A stretch of 64,000 nt of DNA from Perna viridis (GCA_037379345.1 CM074525.1:24793840-24857839); one strand, 5' to 3'. Shown: positions 49,069 through 63,832, counted from the first letter of the stretch. Numbers and translations: made by a program. Notes: a model not told the origin generated them from the sequence alone.

Positions 49069-50848
49069 TTTTTTTATTTCAATGTGAGTGAACATTTACA
49101 TGTAAGTGCTGACTGGATGTACATTTATAATAAATGAATAAAAAATATTTAGGATTCTGAATTTGAAAAGACCATTTGAGTCTGAAATCAATAGATGACA
49201 CAATTTTCAACAATGTAAGTTTTCTAGCTCCCCCTCTGTGGGCCTCACCAGCTGTTTCCAGACTTTGTCTTCATGGTGTATTATTCAAACTTATGAAAAA
49301 CTGTAATAGATCAATATCAGAGGAAAATTTGTAGATCTCAACCGTCCTCTGTTAATCACTAACCATTGATCGTAGGTATATTACCAATTATAGTCTTTTT
49401 AGTTCCATCTGATTGTCCATTTAACAGTTTAAAGATTTTCATTTGTGTAAGAAATCTTTAAAATGCAAAGAATGAACTGATTTTTAAAGATATTTTATTT
49501 AGTAGATGGTTTGATTATGGATCTAATTGTGCCATATAACTTTGAAGTTTACTTTAGGGTACTTTGAAATATTTATATTTGTTTTTTTTTTTTTATTGAG
49601 GAGGGTTTCAACAGATGAGTAACTCCTCACATTTTAAATGAAACAGTTCAATAGTCTATTAGAATTTGTAAAAAATATATATACATGTACATGTGTAAGG
49701 TGAAATTAACACTGATCTTTTTGCATTCTATCTTCAGTAAAATTTCATATAAAACATAGAGAGATACAGCATCAATCAGCCATTAGTGTTTGTTTAACTA
49801 TAGAACCTTGTGAATCAGGGCTATATAGGTGCCTGGTAGGGCCATGGCTGTCTTTGCTTTATTTTTGTGTGATATACATGTAGTCTCGTCCTCAGCAGTC
49901 AGTGTTATATTAGTATTTGAGGAACTTATATTGACATTGTTCATGTATGCTTTGGTATTATCAGTGGATAACTTCTGAAACATAATTCAGTTTCCGTGGC
50001 AATTTTTTGAAAAGTATTAGGAAATACATGTACATGTAACATGTGGTTTCATTTAATATGTACTTTAAATTGGAAATGAAAGGGCTTGTGAGGTAAGATA
50101 TAAAACTGTTAAGAGAGACTTTACTTGTAAAAAAATATTTTACATAATATTAACATTTTTTGTTCACCATACTAATAAATTTTATCAAGTAAATTTCTAT
50201 TCAGGTTATAAACCTTATAACTTCATCAATGTTAAAGTTAATCTGCTGCAGCAGTTTCCCAGTGTGTTGTGGTATTTTTTGTTTACATTCTGTAATGGAG
50301 ATATTGATTTGGTACCCCATCTGTCCAGCTATCTGTACCATGTGGTATTGGACATCTGAGTCTGGCACCTGCAACAGTGTCAAGGTCACCTCTCAGACTC
50401 CGTTTGCCTGGAGTATTGGCTGCAGCCAGATGTTCTGGACAAGGTCATTATGTTTTTAGTAATGATTTTTTGCCTGTTTATTTTTTTAAGCAGATGGAAT
50501 ATGTGTCATATGAGTGCATTGATAATGCAACTGTTGCAGGCAGTCTGGCAGATGTCTCTGAAGTATTCCATTCATAAATTGTGGCAGATGATATCGTCAA
50601 GGGAGATAATCAGATTTAATTTTTTGTTTCATGAAATGTTGTGATAGGATGGTAACCACAATATACAGTGTATAATGTACATATAGGACATTTTTGTTCA
50701 TGCGCATTCTATTTAAGATTAACTTGTATATTAGGACTACCCATTTTATGTTACCAGGATATTGCTGTCCCTTGGATAGTTACTTGCACTATACTGTATG
50801 TGGCTACCTTTTACTGATAACACAGTGAATGATTTTTTGTCTTTTTAG

Positions 50849-50921
50849 ATGTTTTCCCCTCCAACTGGGGGCAATGGGGCAAAGATGAACCCAGGTGGAA
50901 ACATGGAATATTATAAACCAG
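50849..50921 (+). CDS. TCF12: E-protein exon (MFSPPTGGNGAKMNPGGNMEYYKP)
   Basis: Continues LDFSA|MFSPP as in vertebrate E-proteins; 73 nt, phase 0 to 1. Confidence 0.88.
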
Positions 50922-51129
50922 GTTAGTTATCATAAGTTTGAATAAAAAAAAATAAACAGTCTGTTTAAAAGAAGGATTCCCTATAACAGGCCTGCAATGT
51001 GGAAGGTTTATAGAGATCAAGCTGTTTGTCCATCCCATCTGCACGTCTTCTGAGACCTTTAGCTGGAATTTGAAGAAACTTTCACAAATTCATCACATCC
51101 TCTCATTTTATTAGTATCTTTTAACCAAA

Positions 51130-51505
51130 TGAAAGATACTGACAATCCACAATTAAGTGGTGTGTGCCCCTGACACTGTATCTATTTAGTGGTGTACTAG
51201 TGAAAGATACTGACATGGTATGTACATGTATTTAGTGTTAAACTAGTGAAAGATACTGACACTGTATGTATTTAGTGGTATACTAGTGAAAGATACTGAC
51301 ACAGTATGTATTTAGTGGTGTACTAGTAAAAGATACTAACACTTTATCTATTTAGTGGTGTACTAGTGAAAGATACTGACACAGTGTGTAAATGTATTTA
51401 GTGGTGAACTAGTGAAAGATACTGACACTGTATCAATTTACTGGTGTACTCGTGAAAGATACTGACACTATCAATTTAGTGGTGTATTAGTGAAAGATAC
51501 TGACT
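51130..51505. repeat. About 40-bp minisatellite
   Basis: tactagtgaaagatactgacactgtatgtatttagtggtg. Confidence 0.9.
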
Positions 51506-52979
51506 AGAGTTTGTTATTTTCATAGTGATCAAATAGCCTTGCAATTGATTTTAAAAAACCTTAAAGCACCTAGATTTTAAAGGATTATAACTCAAACCTT
51601 TTAAGAATTGGAAGTTGTCAGAAATACATATTTTCCTCAACTTGGAATTTCATGCCTTTTGTCTCATTGCAAATTTAAATCTCTTTGACAACTTACACTA
51701 TTGTCAAATGCTTATACTGTATCAAACATTTGATTACAATCCTAATTCAGAATTTTATTAAGTTTGAATGTTATTGCCAAACTTGTCAGGGTTAGAACTT
51801 TACCATCATATTAAGCTACACTCTGCAAAGCCTTTTATTATAGTGGAACTACTAATACCTATTAGTATGCTCATTCATCCAGATCTGTGGTAAAACTCAT
51901 CATGTTTACAATATGTGTACGTGCATGGTTTGTATTGGTGACATTTAGAATAGTCCTCAGTATGTTAGTGATTGCCCCAGGGCCATTTACAATCACATTG
52001 CCGTGATGCTATTTTTTGTACCAGAATGCTATCTGAAAAGAATTTCCCATGAAGACATAGGGCCCAATACAAATGTGATGCTATAATTTTTAGAATAGAT
52101 GCAAGATGTAGGGGTTACCAGGATGCTATCTCTAAATCTTTAAATAAGGTGAACACTGTGTACATGTATGGAGGTACATGTATACTTGTATGGGTGGCAT
52201 TTTAAAGTAGTCCTTCCAGTACATGTACATGTATGAAGGTATTTGTATTGGTGGTATTTTTCTGTCATTCTGACAGATAACTGTTAGACAAGTGTCAGGT
52301 CAGGTCATACTTATTTTAATTTTAGCTAACTACACACGTATTTCACTGTCAAATCTTTATTTATATGTTGCAGTTCCTCAAAATGTTAAAACCATTTTCT
52401 ATTTTGTTAATATTAAAGAAATCATATTGTTCAAGGCCTTAATTAAAAAAAATTTTTGTTTTCCTTTTGTTGACATAATTGCAGAATTCAGTTTAATATG
52501 AAAACAATGTTCCCATATTGAATTATCAGTATAACTTGTCCTTTAATCTACCAGTGCAGTCTTCACCAAAATTGAAAATTCTTGCAGGACATTCAGTCTG
52601 GCACTTATAAAACTTTTGTCGGACCAAATTTTGTTGTGGAGGGGGGTGGGAATTAACAAACGCCACATGAGGCAATGGGTGATACCTTTTGAGTAGAATT
52701 TCTATTATATTTCTATTTAGAAAATAAGAGTACAAAATGTAGACCTTAAAAAAGAATAGATATGGTGAAACATATCAAGTTCACCAGCATTTAATCTTAG
52801 AACATCAGCAAAAAGTCACGTAAACTCTGAAAGGCCAAGACAACAGATGTAATACAAACCACAGAACATTGGCACCTTCAAATAAAATTAGGACACAATG
52901 ACAAATTAATGATGAACATCTCCTGACTGTGGACAGGCACATTACAAAATGTATATCTGTTGGAGATAAATTTTATGAG

Positions 52980-54245
52980 TTTAATGTTTAGTTTGATATT
53001 AAATGAGAACTGATCGTCATTGGTATACACACCCCCCTTTTCTTTAATGTTTAGTTTGATATTAAATGAGAACTGATCGTCATTGGTATACACACCCCCC
53101 TTTTCTTTAATGTTTAGTTTGATATTGAATGAGAACTGATCGTCATTGGTATACACACCCCACTTTTCTTTAATGTATAGTTTGATATTAAATGAGAACT
53201 GATCGTCATTGGTATATACACACCCCCATTTTCTTTAATGTTTAGTTTGATATTAAATGAGAACTGATCGTCATTGGTATACACACCCCCCTTTTCTTTA
53301 ATGTTTAGTTTGATATTAAATGAGAACTGATCGTCATTGGTATACACACACACCCTTTTCTTTAATGTTTAGTTTGATATTAAATGAGAACTGATCGTCA
53401 TTGGTATACACACACCCCTTTTCTTTAATGTTTAGTTTGATATTAAATGAGAACTGATCGTCATTGGTATACACACAGCCCTTTTCTTTAATGTTTAGTT
53501 TGATATTAAATGAGAACTGATCGTCATTGGTATACACACACCCCCCTTTCTTTAATGTTTAGTTTGATATTAAATGAGAACTGATCGTCATTGGTATACA
53601 CACCCCCCTTTTCTTTAATGTTTAGTTTGATATTAAATGAGAACTGATCGTCATTGGTATACACACACACCCTTTTCTTTAATGTTTAGTTTGATATTAA
53701 ATGAGAACTGATCGTCATTGGTATACACACACCCCTTTTCTTTAATGTTTAGTTTGATATTAAATGAGAACTGATCGTCATTGGTATACACACAGCCCTT
53801 TTCTTTAATGTTTAGTTTGATATTAAATGAGAACTGATCGTCATTGGTATACACACACCCCCCTTTCTTTAATGTTTAGTTTGATATTAAATGAGAACTG
53901 ATCGTCATTGGTATACACACCCCCCTTTTCTTTAATGTTTAGTTTGATATTAAATGAGAACTGATCGTCATTGGTATACACACACACCCTTTTCTTTAAT
54001 GTTTAGTTTGATATTAAATGAGAACTGATCGTCATTGGTATACACACACCCCTTTTCTTTAATGTTTAGTTTGATATTAAATGAGAACTGATCGTCATTG
54101 GTATACACACAGCCCTTTTCTTTAATGTTTAGTTTGATATTAAATGAGAACTGATCGTCATTGGTATACACACACCCCCCTTTCTTTAATGTTTAGTTTG
54201 ATATTAAATGAGAACTGATCGTCATTGGTATACACACACACCTCT
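52980..54245. repeat. About 63-bp minisatellite, about 20 copies, with a 5-mer (317-bp) higher-order repeat
   Basis: tttaatgtttagtttgatattaaatgagaactgatcgtcattggtatacacac...ccttttc; identical ORFs recur every 317 bp. Confidence 0.97.
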
Positions 54246-54717
54246 TTTTTTAAGTTTAATGCTAAGAAAGAACTCATCAACATTGATATATGTAGGTCTT
54301 CTGCGGATACATTACTGAAACATAAATGTACATTGTATTACAGGTAGAAAAATACAATTTATAATCAGTTGCTCACTTAAGAAAATTATAACACTTTAAA
54401 TTTGCCTCCAGGTAAACCTTGTCATAAATAAGATTTAGTATGTAGTAAGAGTTAAATAGCTGACCACAAACATTTCCATGTCTTTTGTCAAAAATTAATC
54501 CAGCACATTTAATGTGAAAATTGGTTTAGTAATAATTTAAGGAAGGTTCAATCTTGACTTAATTGGCAGTATCATACATTACACTTCACAAAACTTGGGT
54601 CAAATGTAGATGCCACCAGTGTGCTCAACATTTAGGTCAATTGTTAACATCACTAGTGGGCTCAACAGTTAGGTCAGTTGTCAACATCACTAGTGTGCTC
54701 AACATTTAGGTCTATTT

Positions 54718-54940
54718 AGATTCTATGGTATTGAATCATGTGACTTCCGAGTTATTTCTGTCCAACCTTTTAGAAGCAAGTTTCTATGGTATTGAGTCAC
54801 GTGACATCAGAGTTATATCTGTTGATCTTGAAGAAGCTGGTTTGTATGGTAATTAGACGTGATTTCAGAGTTATTTCTATCCTACCTTTAGAAGCTAGTT
54901 TCTATGGTATGAGTCATGTGATTTCAGAGATATTTTTATC
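54718..54940. repeat. Degenerate about 60-bp tandem repeat x4
   Basis: tttctatggtattgagtcatgtgatttcagagttatttct...agaagc. Confidence 0.75.
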
Positions 54941-57160
54941 TTCACTGTGTCAACAAATCATCCACTCAGAACAACAGCTGTTGTATGTGTAAACATCCAT
55001 ATCTTTTATCACTTGGGTAAATCTTCACTAAAAATTCAATATAATACAATGGATTGTCAACTTTATAAAAACTGTCCTTAAATTTGTCAACCTTGTTCAG
55101 GTCCAGTTGTTTCTTAAGCAAATATCCTGTATGTTTGGAGTCAAATTTTTTGCAGAATGCCCCCCAAAAAATTATCCTCTTCCTTTTCGTTAGGGTAAGG
55201 GGTGTGTTCACAATAGGTTAGAAACTAACATTTTGTTCCTATTGTTGTTAATGTAAATGAATTATTAATGCCAGGGTTGACAGCTCCTTTCTTTGGAGGT
55301 AACAAAATGACATAACATAAAGAAATACCTTATCTTTTTCTTTGAATAACCAAAAATCCATTACCCAATAATACATGTAATTTGGACAATGAAAGTTCCT
55401 GATGTCATTTCACTTTCCCATTATGAGATGGACTGCTTAATCAAATGAAAGAATTTGGTGAGTGAAGGAATTTATTTTAAACACCCCCCTTTTTTGTTGA
55501 GCCTTTAGTGGGTGGTACATGTATATCGTCATAGGAATGTCCTTCATCCATTATACAGAGGGGTATCCATCTCTTTACCTGAAATTCATCCTACATCAAT
55601 GAAATTTTCACTGAATCTTTTATAACATATTTCCATTGTACACCTCCTATCTTAGATTTTGATCCAAGTTAAAAAGTTCATGTTATCAAATGCAGGAGTG
55701 GGGGTATCAAGTTAATGAGCATTGCTTCCAGTTTTTCTAGTTTTCTTTTATTGTGGTATCCATAGAAACCTGAAATATTCAAGGTAGATAACTCAAGAAA
55801 AAAAACAATCTGCCTTAAAATATAATAATTTTCCTTTCTTGTGCTTGAAAAATTGATTGTCCCCAACTTGAACTGCACTTGAAGTTTAAATTATATGTTG
55901 GGTACTCCCAGGTGTGTGAATCAACATAGGTGGGAGTATTCACTTCACTGTACAACTCATTGATTTCAAACCAGACATTTAAAATCAGATACAAATGTCT
56001 TTTTAATCAAAGATCCATTCATTCACTCTTGTATATTGTACATGTACATTTTGTATGTATAGTTTAATCTTTAAGGTTCCACTAAAGTCGATATCTAGGA
56101 CATTTTTTGTTGAATTGTTTACAGTCATTATTTTAACTATTCATTAAACCTTGCCCTGAAACTTTGCTACATTTTTGTATGTCAGGGATGAATTTTTTCC
56201 CGCTATTATTTCAAATCTGGATTTTTTCGGACATTAAAACTCAACATGTGGCATTGTTTGAGAAAAATGTATAGATTTCAATATTTTGCCAACTTACGCC
56301 AATTAGTTGCATCATGGTGCTTATGCTGATTGTTTTATATATAGTTAAAGGTTGGTGATTACGGGTTGGGGTGGGAGGGTGTTTGGGCATGCACAGGAAA
56401 ATGGGTCTGTTGCCTGAAAATGGTCATTTTTGGTCATTTTTCACCGGAAGTGGTACTCACCAAAAGAAGACGGTGTCCAAAGTGCATTTTTTCCTAAGCT
56501 TGTTCCCTCTGATGGTAATTTGAAGCCAAAAATTGTTCATTACAGTTGTAGGTGGAAGGTCAGGATTCTCCAGAAGGGTCACTCACAAGAGGATTTTTTT
56601 GCAGTTTTTGGCTTCAGATTGGCCTTAAACTGAAAGTGGTTGGTACATGTATATGGTATTGACATCATGGGAGTGGTGAGAGACAACATTATTCTATAGA
56701 AACCATGTGAAATGAAGCACTGTGGATCCATACTCTGCTGTTGTGAGAGGCAGAGGATTGAGCTCTACCCCTTTTTGTGGCCTTCTTAACTCATGATTTC
56801 TTGTTCCTATTTTTGCTAAAACTGTATAATATAGTCTCATTTTAAAGCACATTCACTCTGCTTACATATGAAATCAAATTATGGTTTCTAAAGCTGAAAA
56901 AAAAATTGCCAGAACCCAAAAATCAAAAAACAGCCCATGACGGTATATATATATATATAGTTCCTGCATGGTAAGGGTTAACGGTGATCAAATTTAAGGG
57001 TAAATACTTTCTGAAGTAAGCAAGATAAAATTTTACTGTGCTTAAATTTGCTTGTGGAATTCTTTATGTATTTATAAATTAAGTTCAGAAATAACCCAAA
57101 GATCTTCAATTTAGCTAGTGGAAGGTATATGAAGTTCAATCCATGATTGTTTTGTATGAA

Positions 57161-57340
57161 AGAGTAATCAAGGGAACCAAGGTTATAGCGGTAATCAAAA
57201 GAATGTGATCCGGGGACAGAGACCAGACATGGAAAACAGACATACACAACAAAGAACATAAAGTAACTAAAAGCATACATACAAAGTAACAAAAGTAAAT
57301 GAGCAACTTGGACTCCACTAAAAACTGGGAGCATGGACCA
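57161..57340 (-). mobile_element. Penelope-like 3' end fragment in an E-protein intron
   Basis: Near-identical to 18308-18485. Confidence 0.85.
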
Positions 57341-58426
57341 TGAAATAATTGTTAATTCTTCAAAATTTGATAAATTATGATAGTTTATGCTGTGGACCAG
57401 CTAAAGTCCAACATCACTAATCATAAATACTTAAGTTTCATTAAAATCTGGTTATTATTTTTGAATCTGTGGATACTTGCTCTGCACCAGTTGTTTAGGC
57501 TACAGAATATATGCATTTCTAAGCAATAATATTCCATGGTTAAACTTAAGATTTATTTGAAAATTTTATGCTACACTTAAATTAATTGCAAAATTGTTCT
57601 ATTAAACAATGGACTATGCTTATGTGTAGATAATGATGTTCAGTCGTAGTTTAGGTAGGACAAGTTGGAAAAAAAACAAACTGCCCCCCCTTTTTTTTCC
57701 TTTGTCTAATGTCATGTTTGGAGGACAGATAGTAATAAGCAATTAACTATTGTTAACAGTGTTGTCAAGTAAATACAATTATAAACCCTTTGTATTGTCT
57801 ATTTTTTCATTATTAATAAAACAGTTTTGGGACTTGTGAAAGATTTTGTCCATTAGTCCTGTTGACTAGCCTAAAAAGGTTTTTGTGCAGACTGCCATCA
57901 GCTTCTGCTTGTAAACTACAATATATATGAAATGCTCTCCATTAACACCATGATTCCACAAAACTGATTAAGTGCTCAGGTTAAGGGTAAATATTGAGCA
58001 TTATTGACTAAGTGTACTGATACAGTAGGGTAGACAAAACTGGGAGCATAATTGACTAAGTGCACTGATAGGCTGGTAAATAATCAGTTGTCTTGATAGG
58101 GTTTAAATGTAGGTTCATGAATATAATGAATTATGTTCGTGTATGTAGATCTTATATAACCATGGTCAATCTGAGAGGACAATATTCAGAATTTGTAGAA
58201 ACAGAATGTTTTCCCAGTGTAAAACCTTGGTATAGCTAATTACTGTGACATGATATAGGGTATTTTAATTTAAATGAAGCAGTAGAACAAAGCAGTTAGT
58301 GTTGTCTGTGAAATCCTACCTGATCATGGTTCAGTACTGATAGTAATCTAACTCCATAGGACAATTATAGGCCAGGTGAGATGCACATACATGTATATGT
58401 TCATGTCAACTGCTGCATTGTCTGAC

Positions 58427-58943
58427 GCCCCGTGCAGGTCCGGGTGTTAAAAGAATAGGCCTGCAGCAGCGCTAAGCTTGTCGTAAAAGGCGACTAAATA
58501 GTGCTCACAACCCTAGCCAGGGGCTAGGGTGCTCTGCCCACAGAGCAACTGGGATGTGTGCCCCAGGTGGTGGAATGGGGTACCCCTGGCGTGTTACATG
58601 CTGGGGTTGTCAGGCTATAATACGGAAAACTTGACCACAAACCATAGTGGTGCACTGTGTTGGGAAAGACGCCACGTTCCTCGCACGTTAAAGATCCTAC
58701 TGTGGTATTCTCCCGGAGTAGGAACCATAGGGCTCCGCTACAGGAGGCTAAATTGCCCAACCCTACCCACCCTCTCCCTATTTCCAGTGGCAACCAAAAT
58801 TTGTTAACCCCATTGTCCTTGTGTCCCATCCCTTTTTCATTTCATCATCATTTCATGTTCATTTTATCATCAGTTTCATGTTCATAGTCTGAATATAGCT
58901 GAAATATTGCTGCTCGGACGTTAAACCCCAACAAACAAACAAA
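58427..58943 (+). mobile_element. SINE-like retroposon, copy 3 (full length)
   Basis: 11-bp TSD GCATTGTCTGA at 58415-58425 and 58944-58954; (CAAA)n tail. Confidence 0.9.
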
Positions 58944-59786
58944 GCATTGTCTGATGGGGGCACTACTACAGACCTTATAAGAAAAAGGGGCACTGATAAT
59001 TTTAACACGAGTTTTGGGTAATTCATACATGTAGTTGACGTGTAGTGTAAGTGGCTGCATGTAGGTGACGTGTAGTGTAAGTGGCTACATGCAAGTGATG
59101 TCTGGTGTAAGTGGAAGTAAATTGAGGTACATGTATGTAAAATGGATACAATGTAAAAAATCCTGTTGGGGATTTGAACAGAAGTATTCTGGTCTTAGGA
59201 GGGCACATTGTATGAGAGATTTGTTCCAATAGGATTATAAGTCAGTCCCTAAAGTAAATATAGAGGTGTGAGAATTGATTGTTGATAGATTAAAGTATTA
59301 TCAAAAGAGGAGGATTTAGGGTTTACAAAGACTTTAGTAAGGTGTGAGGTGTTTGATAAAAATGTCACATTGTTGACATAATAACAAATTATTTATGTTA
59401 AAGTTCAAGTTTTACACCTGGTTTTTACCTGTGTAAGACACCTGGGAGGAGGTTATAACACACACTTTGTGGTGTGTTGATTTAAAACTGAATTGTAAAC
59501 AGGAGAATTTTTATCATTAACCTTTTGCTTAAAATAAATTTATATTCTTTAACTCTTTAAGAAAGTTTAATCCATCCATATATGTCTCTCCTCTTTTTTG
59601 TTAAGTTTCAATTACAATCTTTATTTGAAGAACAATCTTCCTTATTATGTTTCAAACCAAAGAATAGGTCAAATGTTTTTTTGTTTTTTTTTAGTTTTAA
59701 AATTTATATCGTTTGCATATGCCAAAGAACTCAAAAAGATCATGTCCTTTATGTGTAAGGAAAACTTATGTTTTCTGTCTGTAAAT

Positions 59787-60152
59787 CAGAGCTGCCAAAC
59801 CTTACTACTCTAGCGTAAGTTTACCGATTTTGGCTCTGGAAAAATGAAGGCAGAATTAGGAAGAAAATCTTATGATCTCCATCCTTCTTTTTTTTTTCAC
59901 AAAAAAACGAAAATCTGGATAATTTTCATCATCATCATGACTGTTTTCGGCTTTAAAATGAGTGAAATCTGCTTCACAGCCTTTTCGGTATTTGCCAGTA
60001 ATGTTATAAAGTTTATAATATAAAATAAACCTTGTTGTTTTTGGTCAAGCTCTTATAGCAGCTTTATAAAACAAACATGGCTGCTCCTCTCAAAAAGATC
60101 TCCAGCAGACGTCCAGCCTTACTATTTTTCACAACTTGGTCTGGCAGCTCTG
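59787..60152. mobile_element. MITE with 11-bp TIRs CAGAGCTGCCA/TGGCAGCTCTG
   Basis: Perfect inverted repeats at 59787-59797 and 60142-60152; no clear TSD. Confidence 0.65.
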
Positions 60153-61406
60153 GTGATGTTCCTGAATTGGGCTGGCAGCTCTGGTAATGTTTCTGACTTT
60201 GGCTGGCAGCTCTGGTAATGTTTATGACTTTGGCTGGCAGCTCTGGTAATGTTTCTAACTTGGTCTGGCAGCTCTGGTAATGTTTCTAACTTTGGCTGGC
60301 AGCTCTGGTAATGTTTCTGACTTTGGCTGGCAGCTCTGGTAATGTTTCTAACTTGGTCTGGCAGCTCTGGTAATGTTTCTGACTTTGGCTGGCAGCTCTG
60401 ATAATGTTTCTTACTTTGGCTGGCAGCTCTGGTAATGTTTCTAACTTGGTCTGACAGCTCTGGTAATGTTTCTTACTTTGGCTGGCAGCTCTGGTAATGT
60501 TTCTAACTTGGTCTAGCAGCTCTGGTAATATTCCTGAATTGGACTGGCAGCTCTGGCAATTTTTCTGACTTTGACTGGCAGCTCTGGCAATTTTTCTGAC
60601 CTCGACTGGCAGCTCTGATAATGTTTCTGACTTTGGCTGGCAGCTCTGGTAATGTTTCTAACTTGGTCTGACAGCTCTGGTAATGTTTCTAACTTGGGCT
60701 GGCAGCTCTGGTAATGTTTCTGACTTTGGCTGGCAGCTCTGGTAATGTTTCTGACTTGAGATGGCAGCTCTAGTAATGTTTCTGACTTGGGCTGGCAGTG
60801 CTGGTAATGTTTCTGACTTTGGCTGGCAGCTCTGGTAATTTTTCTGACTTCGACTGGCAGCTCTTATAATGTTTATGACTTTGGCTGGCAGCTCTGGTAA
60901 TGTTTCTAACTTGGTCTGACAGCTCTGGTAATGTTTCTTACTTTGGCTGGCAGCTCTGGTAATGTTTCTAACTTGGTCTAGCAGCTCTGGTAATATTCCT
61001 GAATTGGACTGGCAGCTCTGGCAATTTTTCTGACTTTGACTGGCAGCTCTGGCAATTTTTCTGACTTCGACTGGCAGCTCTGATAATGTTTCTGACTTCG
61101 GCTGGCAGCTCTGGTAATGTTTCTGACTTGAGGTGGCAGCTCCAGTAATGTTTCTGACTTTGGCTGGCAGGTTGGGTAATGTTTCTAACTTGGGCTGGCA
61201 GCGCTGGTAATGTTTCTAACTTAGGCTGGCAGCTCTGGTAATGTTTCTAACCTGGGCTGGCAGCTCTGGTAATGTTTCTGACTTTGGCTGGCAGCTCTGG
61301 TAATGTTTCTAACTTGGGCAGGCAGCTCTAGTAATGTTTCTAACTTGGGCTGGCAGCTCGGGTAATGTTTTTAACTTTGGCTGGCAGCTCGGGTAATGCT
61401 TCTGAC
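60132..61406. repeat. 31-bp minisatellite, about 41 copies
   Basis: ggctggcagctctggtaatgtttctgacttt. Confidence 0.96.
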
Positions 61407-63832
61407 ATGTACATTCACATGTTATTTTCTATTGGTAAAAATTCAAATTTGCACATTGTAATATTTGTTTATTTTCAAATTTTGTTAAGTTTTTGATGTG
61501 TACATGTACATGTAATAATGTTAAGTTTCAGATATATACATTGTAACTACCTACATGTAAGTGTTTCGAGTCTGATATGTACACGTCCACATATATTTCT
61601 CTGAGAAGTGGGGCAGAGAAAGTATTAATTTTGACAAGTTTCTGTAATATGGAGGTGTGATAGTTAAAGTGTTAATATAATAACTGGTATTAAGTGGATG
61701 TTTCTATTGATAAATGGAACTTTTTGTCTGAAGGCCAAAGAAATAATATATCTGTTGCATTGTATCTCCTACACAGCTTACTCTAATTTCTTACTCCTCG
61801 ACCTTCAAATAGTTTTTGTACAACAAAACAAATTGACAGCTGATGCAAATGTAGGTCCTTCTCGTATTCATATTTATGAAATTAATTGTATAAAAACCTG
61901 TATAAATTTGTGTGTATATTTTATCGTTGCAAAAAAATTGTGAATGTACTCAATTTTTGGCCGAATATCACATAGTGAAAATTAGATTATACATGTAGTA
62001 TGGTGAATGCTGGGGGTCGATAAGGAAATTATTTTCTTAACACTTTTCTCAGCAATGATTAATCACAGCCTCTTGATATTTGGTATTCAGCATCAGGTAC
62101 AGGTTCCATATCTCGGCTGTCAGACATCTACTTCCTGTTTAGCAAAATTTTGCTATTTCTGTCTTTGACCCATTTTTGGCCTAATTTCTCAAGTGAAAAT
62201 GTGGTTATAGTATGGTGAATGTTGTTCAGGCAGGCTGGTGGGTGGGGAAATAATTTTTTGTAAGACTTTTCTCAGCAACTATTTATTGCAGCCCCTAATA
62301 TTTGGTATTAAGCATCATGTATGGATCCCATATCGTGGGATTTCAATTTCAGGCCTGTTGGACATCTACCCCCTGTTTAACAAAATTCTGCCATTGCTCT
62401 CTTTGACCCTCTTTTTTTAATTGGTACTTGTACCAGGAAACAAAAATATGATTTGTTTGGTCTGATTAAAGTCTGCATAGAGTAAAAATCGCAAACTGTA
62501 TTGTACAGAATTCCACTAATCTTTTTGAAAGATTGCAGATCAGTATGGTCAGGGATCATCTTTGGGAAGGGGTCAGAGATCTTTTACTTTTCCCAATGGC
62601 CCTTGCATTTTGGTACAAGGAGGGTATTACAGTGGTAAGAGCCTTCAAATTGACCATATAAGCTTCATTAAAATGCAATAATAGCACTATGCAGTCTTTG
62701 ACATATAACTGTCTGACTACAAGCCTGAGCTAAAAATTTCTAATGAGCTGATATAGAAATCATTGACAAGTTAGACAAATTCTGCAAGTCCACCAGCATT
62801 TATACCAGCCATGCCTGTGGGCTGGTCTCAAATTTGGCGACTGGCTATGGAAATTTGGTATAATTTGAGTGTTCAAAATGATATCTGTCTTATTCTATAT
62901 ATATATATATATATATATAAAAAATATGGAATAATATCATCTAAAATATAGATGTGAGATTTCCTTATTTTCAGCATCATCTGAGCATTTAACCTGCGGA
63001 TAAAAATTGTGTTGTTTAATCATGTAAATAATTAGTTGATCAATGGATTCGGATGTTGACTATTCAATTGTCATCTCACTTCAACCCTTAGGTCTATTAT
63101 CACTGAGAACACTTAATAGAATTGTAGCAAGAAAAATCGGTGGGAATTCACATCTTACCCACTTTAATTGAGATCACGGTTTGATTCGAATTGAAGAATT
63201 GTCGTTAGTTGTTGACAAGGCAGCGTAACAGGAAATGTGATGGGATTTTTTCGATTATCTGTCGCAGTATGGCAGATTACATTGTAATAAGAAGTATGCC
63301 TTGATCAATTTATGTGTAATTTGTAAGGAACAAAGTCTAATAAAGTTAATCCTTCACTAAAGGATGAAAAGTGGATATGTAGATACTACAATACACAAAT
63401 ATTATGTTTTTAAAATGGTTACATTCGTTTATACATATTTGACAGGTAACCATTTTTAAATTTTGTAATATGTTTAAAAACTCTGCTTTGAAGTTGTTCA
63501 TACAACAGGAAACTTTTAGTCTGTACTTCTGTAAGTTAAGCATTTTCAGTGTTCATTCAAATATTTACGGGAAGTTGTTGCATTTATTTTGCCAAAGTAC
63601 TGATTGATTCTTTGTAATGGTACAGTGTACTTTGATGGTGTAAGAATGGTTCCTGTTGTTTTTAATTAGTAGATTTCATTAGTACAGTCATGTTTTGAAT
63701 TGAAAATTAATGTTTCCTTAGTAATTCCTATGAATTATTTGACCTAAATAACCAGTGTTAGAACCAATTGAAAAATAGCTCTTCCTCAGGGCCTGGTTGT
63801 TAACATCAGTATAGTATATATGTCTTTTACAG

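Noticed and set aside
52878-54171. Repetitive ORFs (MYTNDDQFSFNIKLNIKEKG...) and similar ORFs at 34252-35634 and 38462-38893
   Set aside because: By-products of satellite periodicity; no splice or domain support
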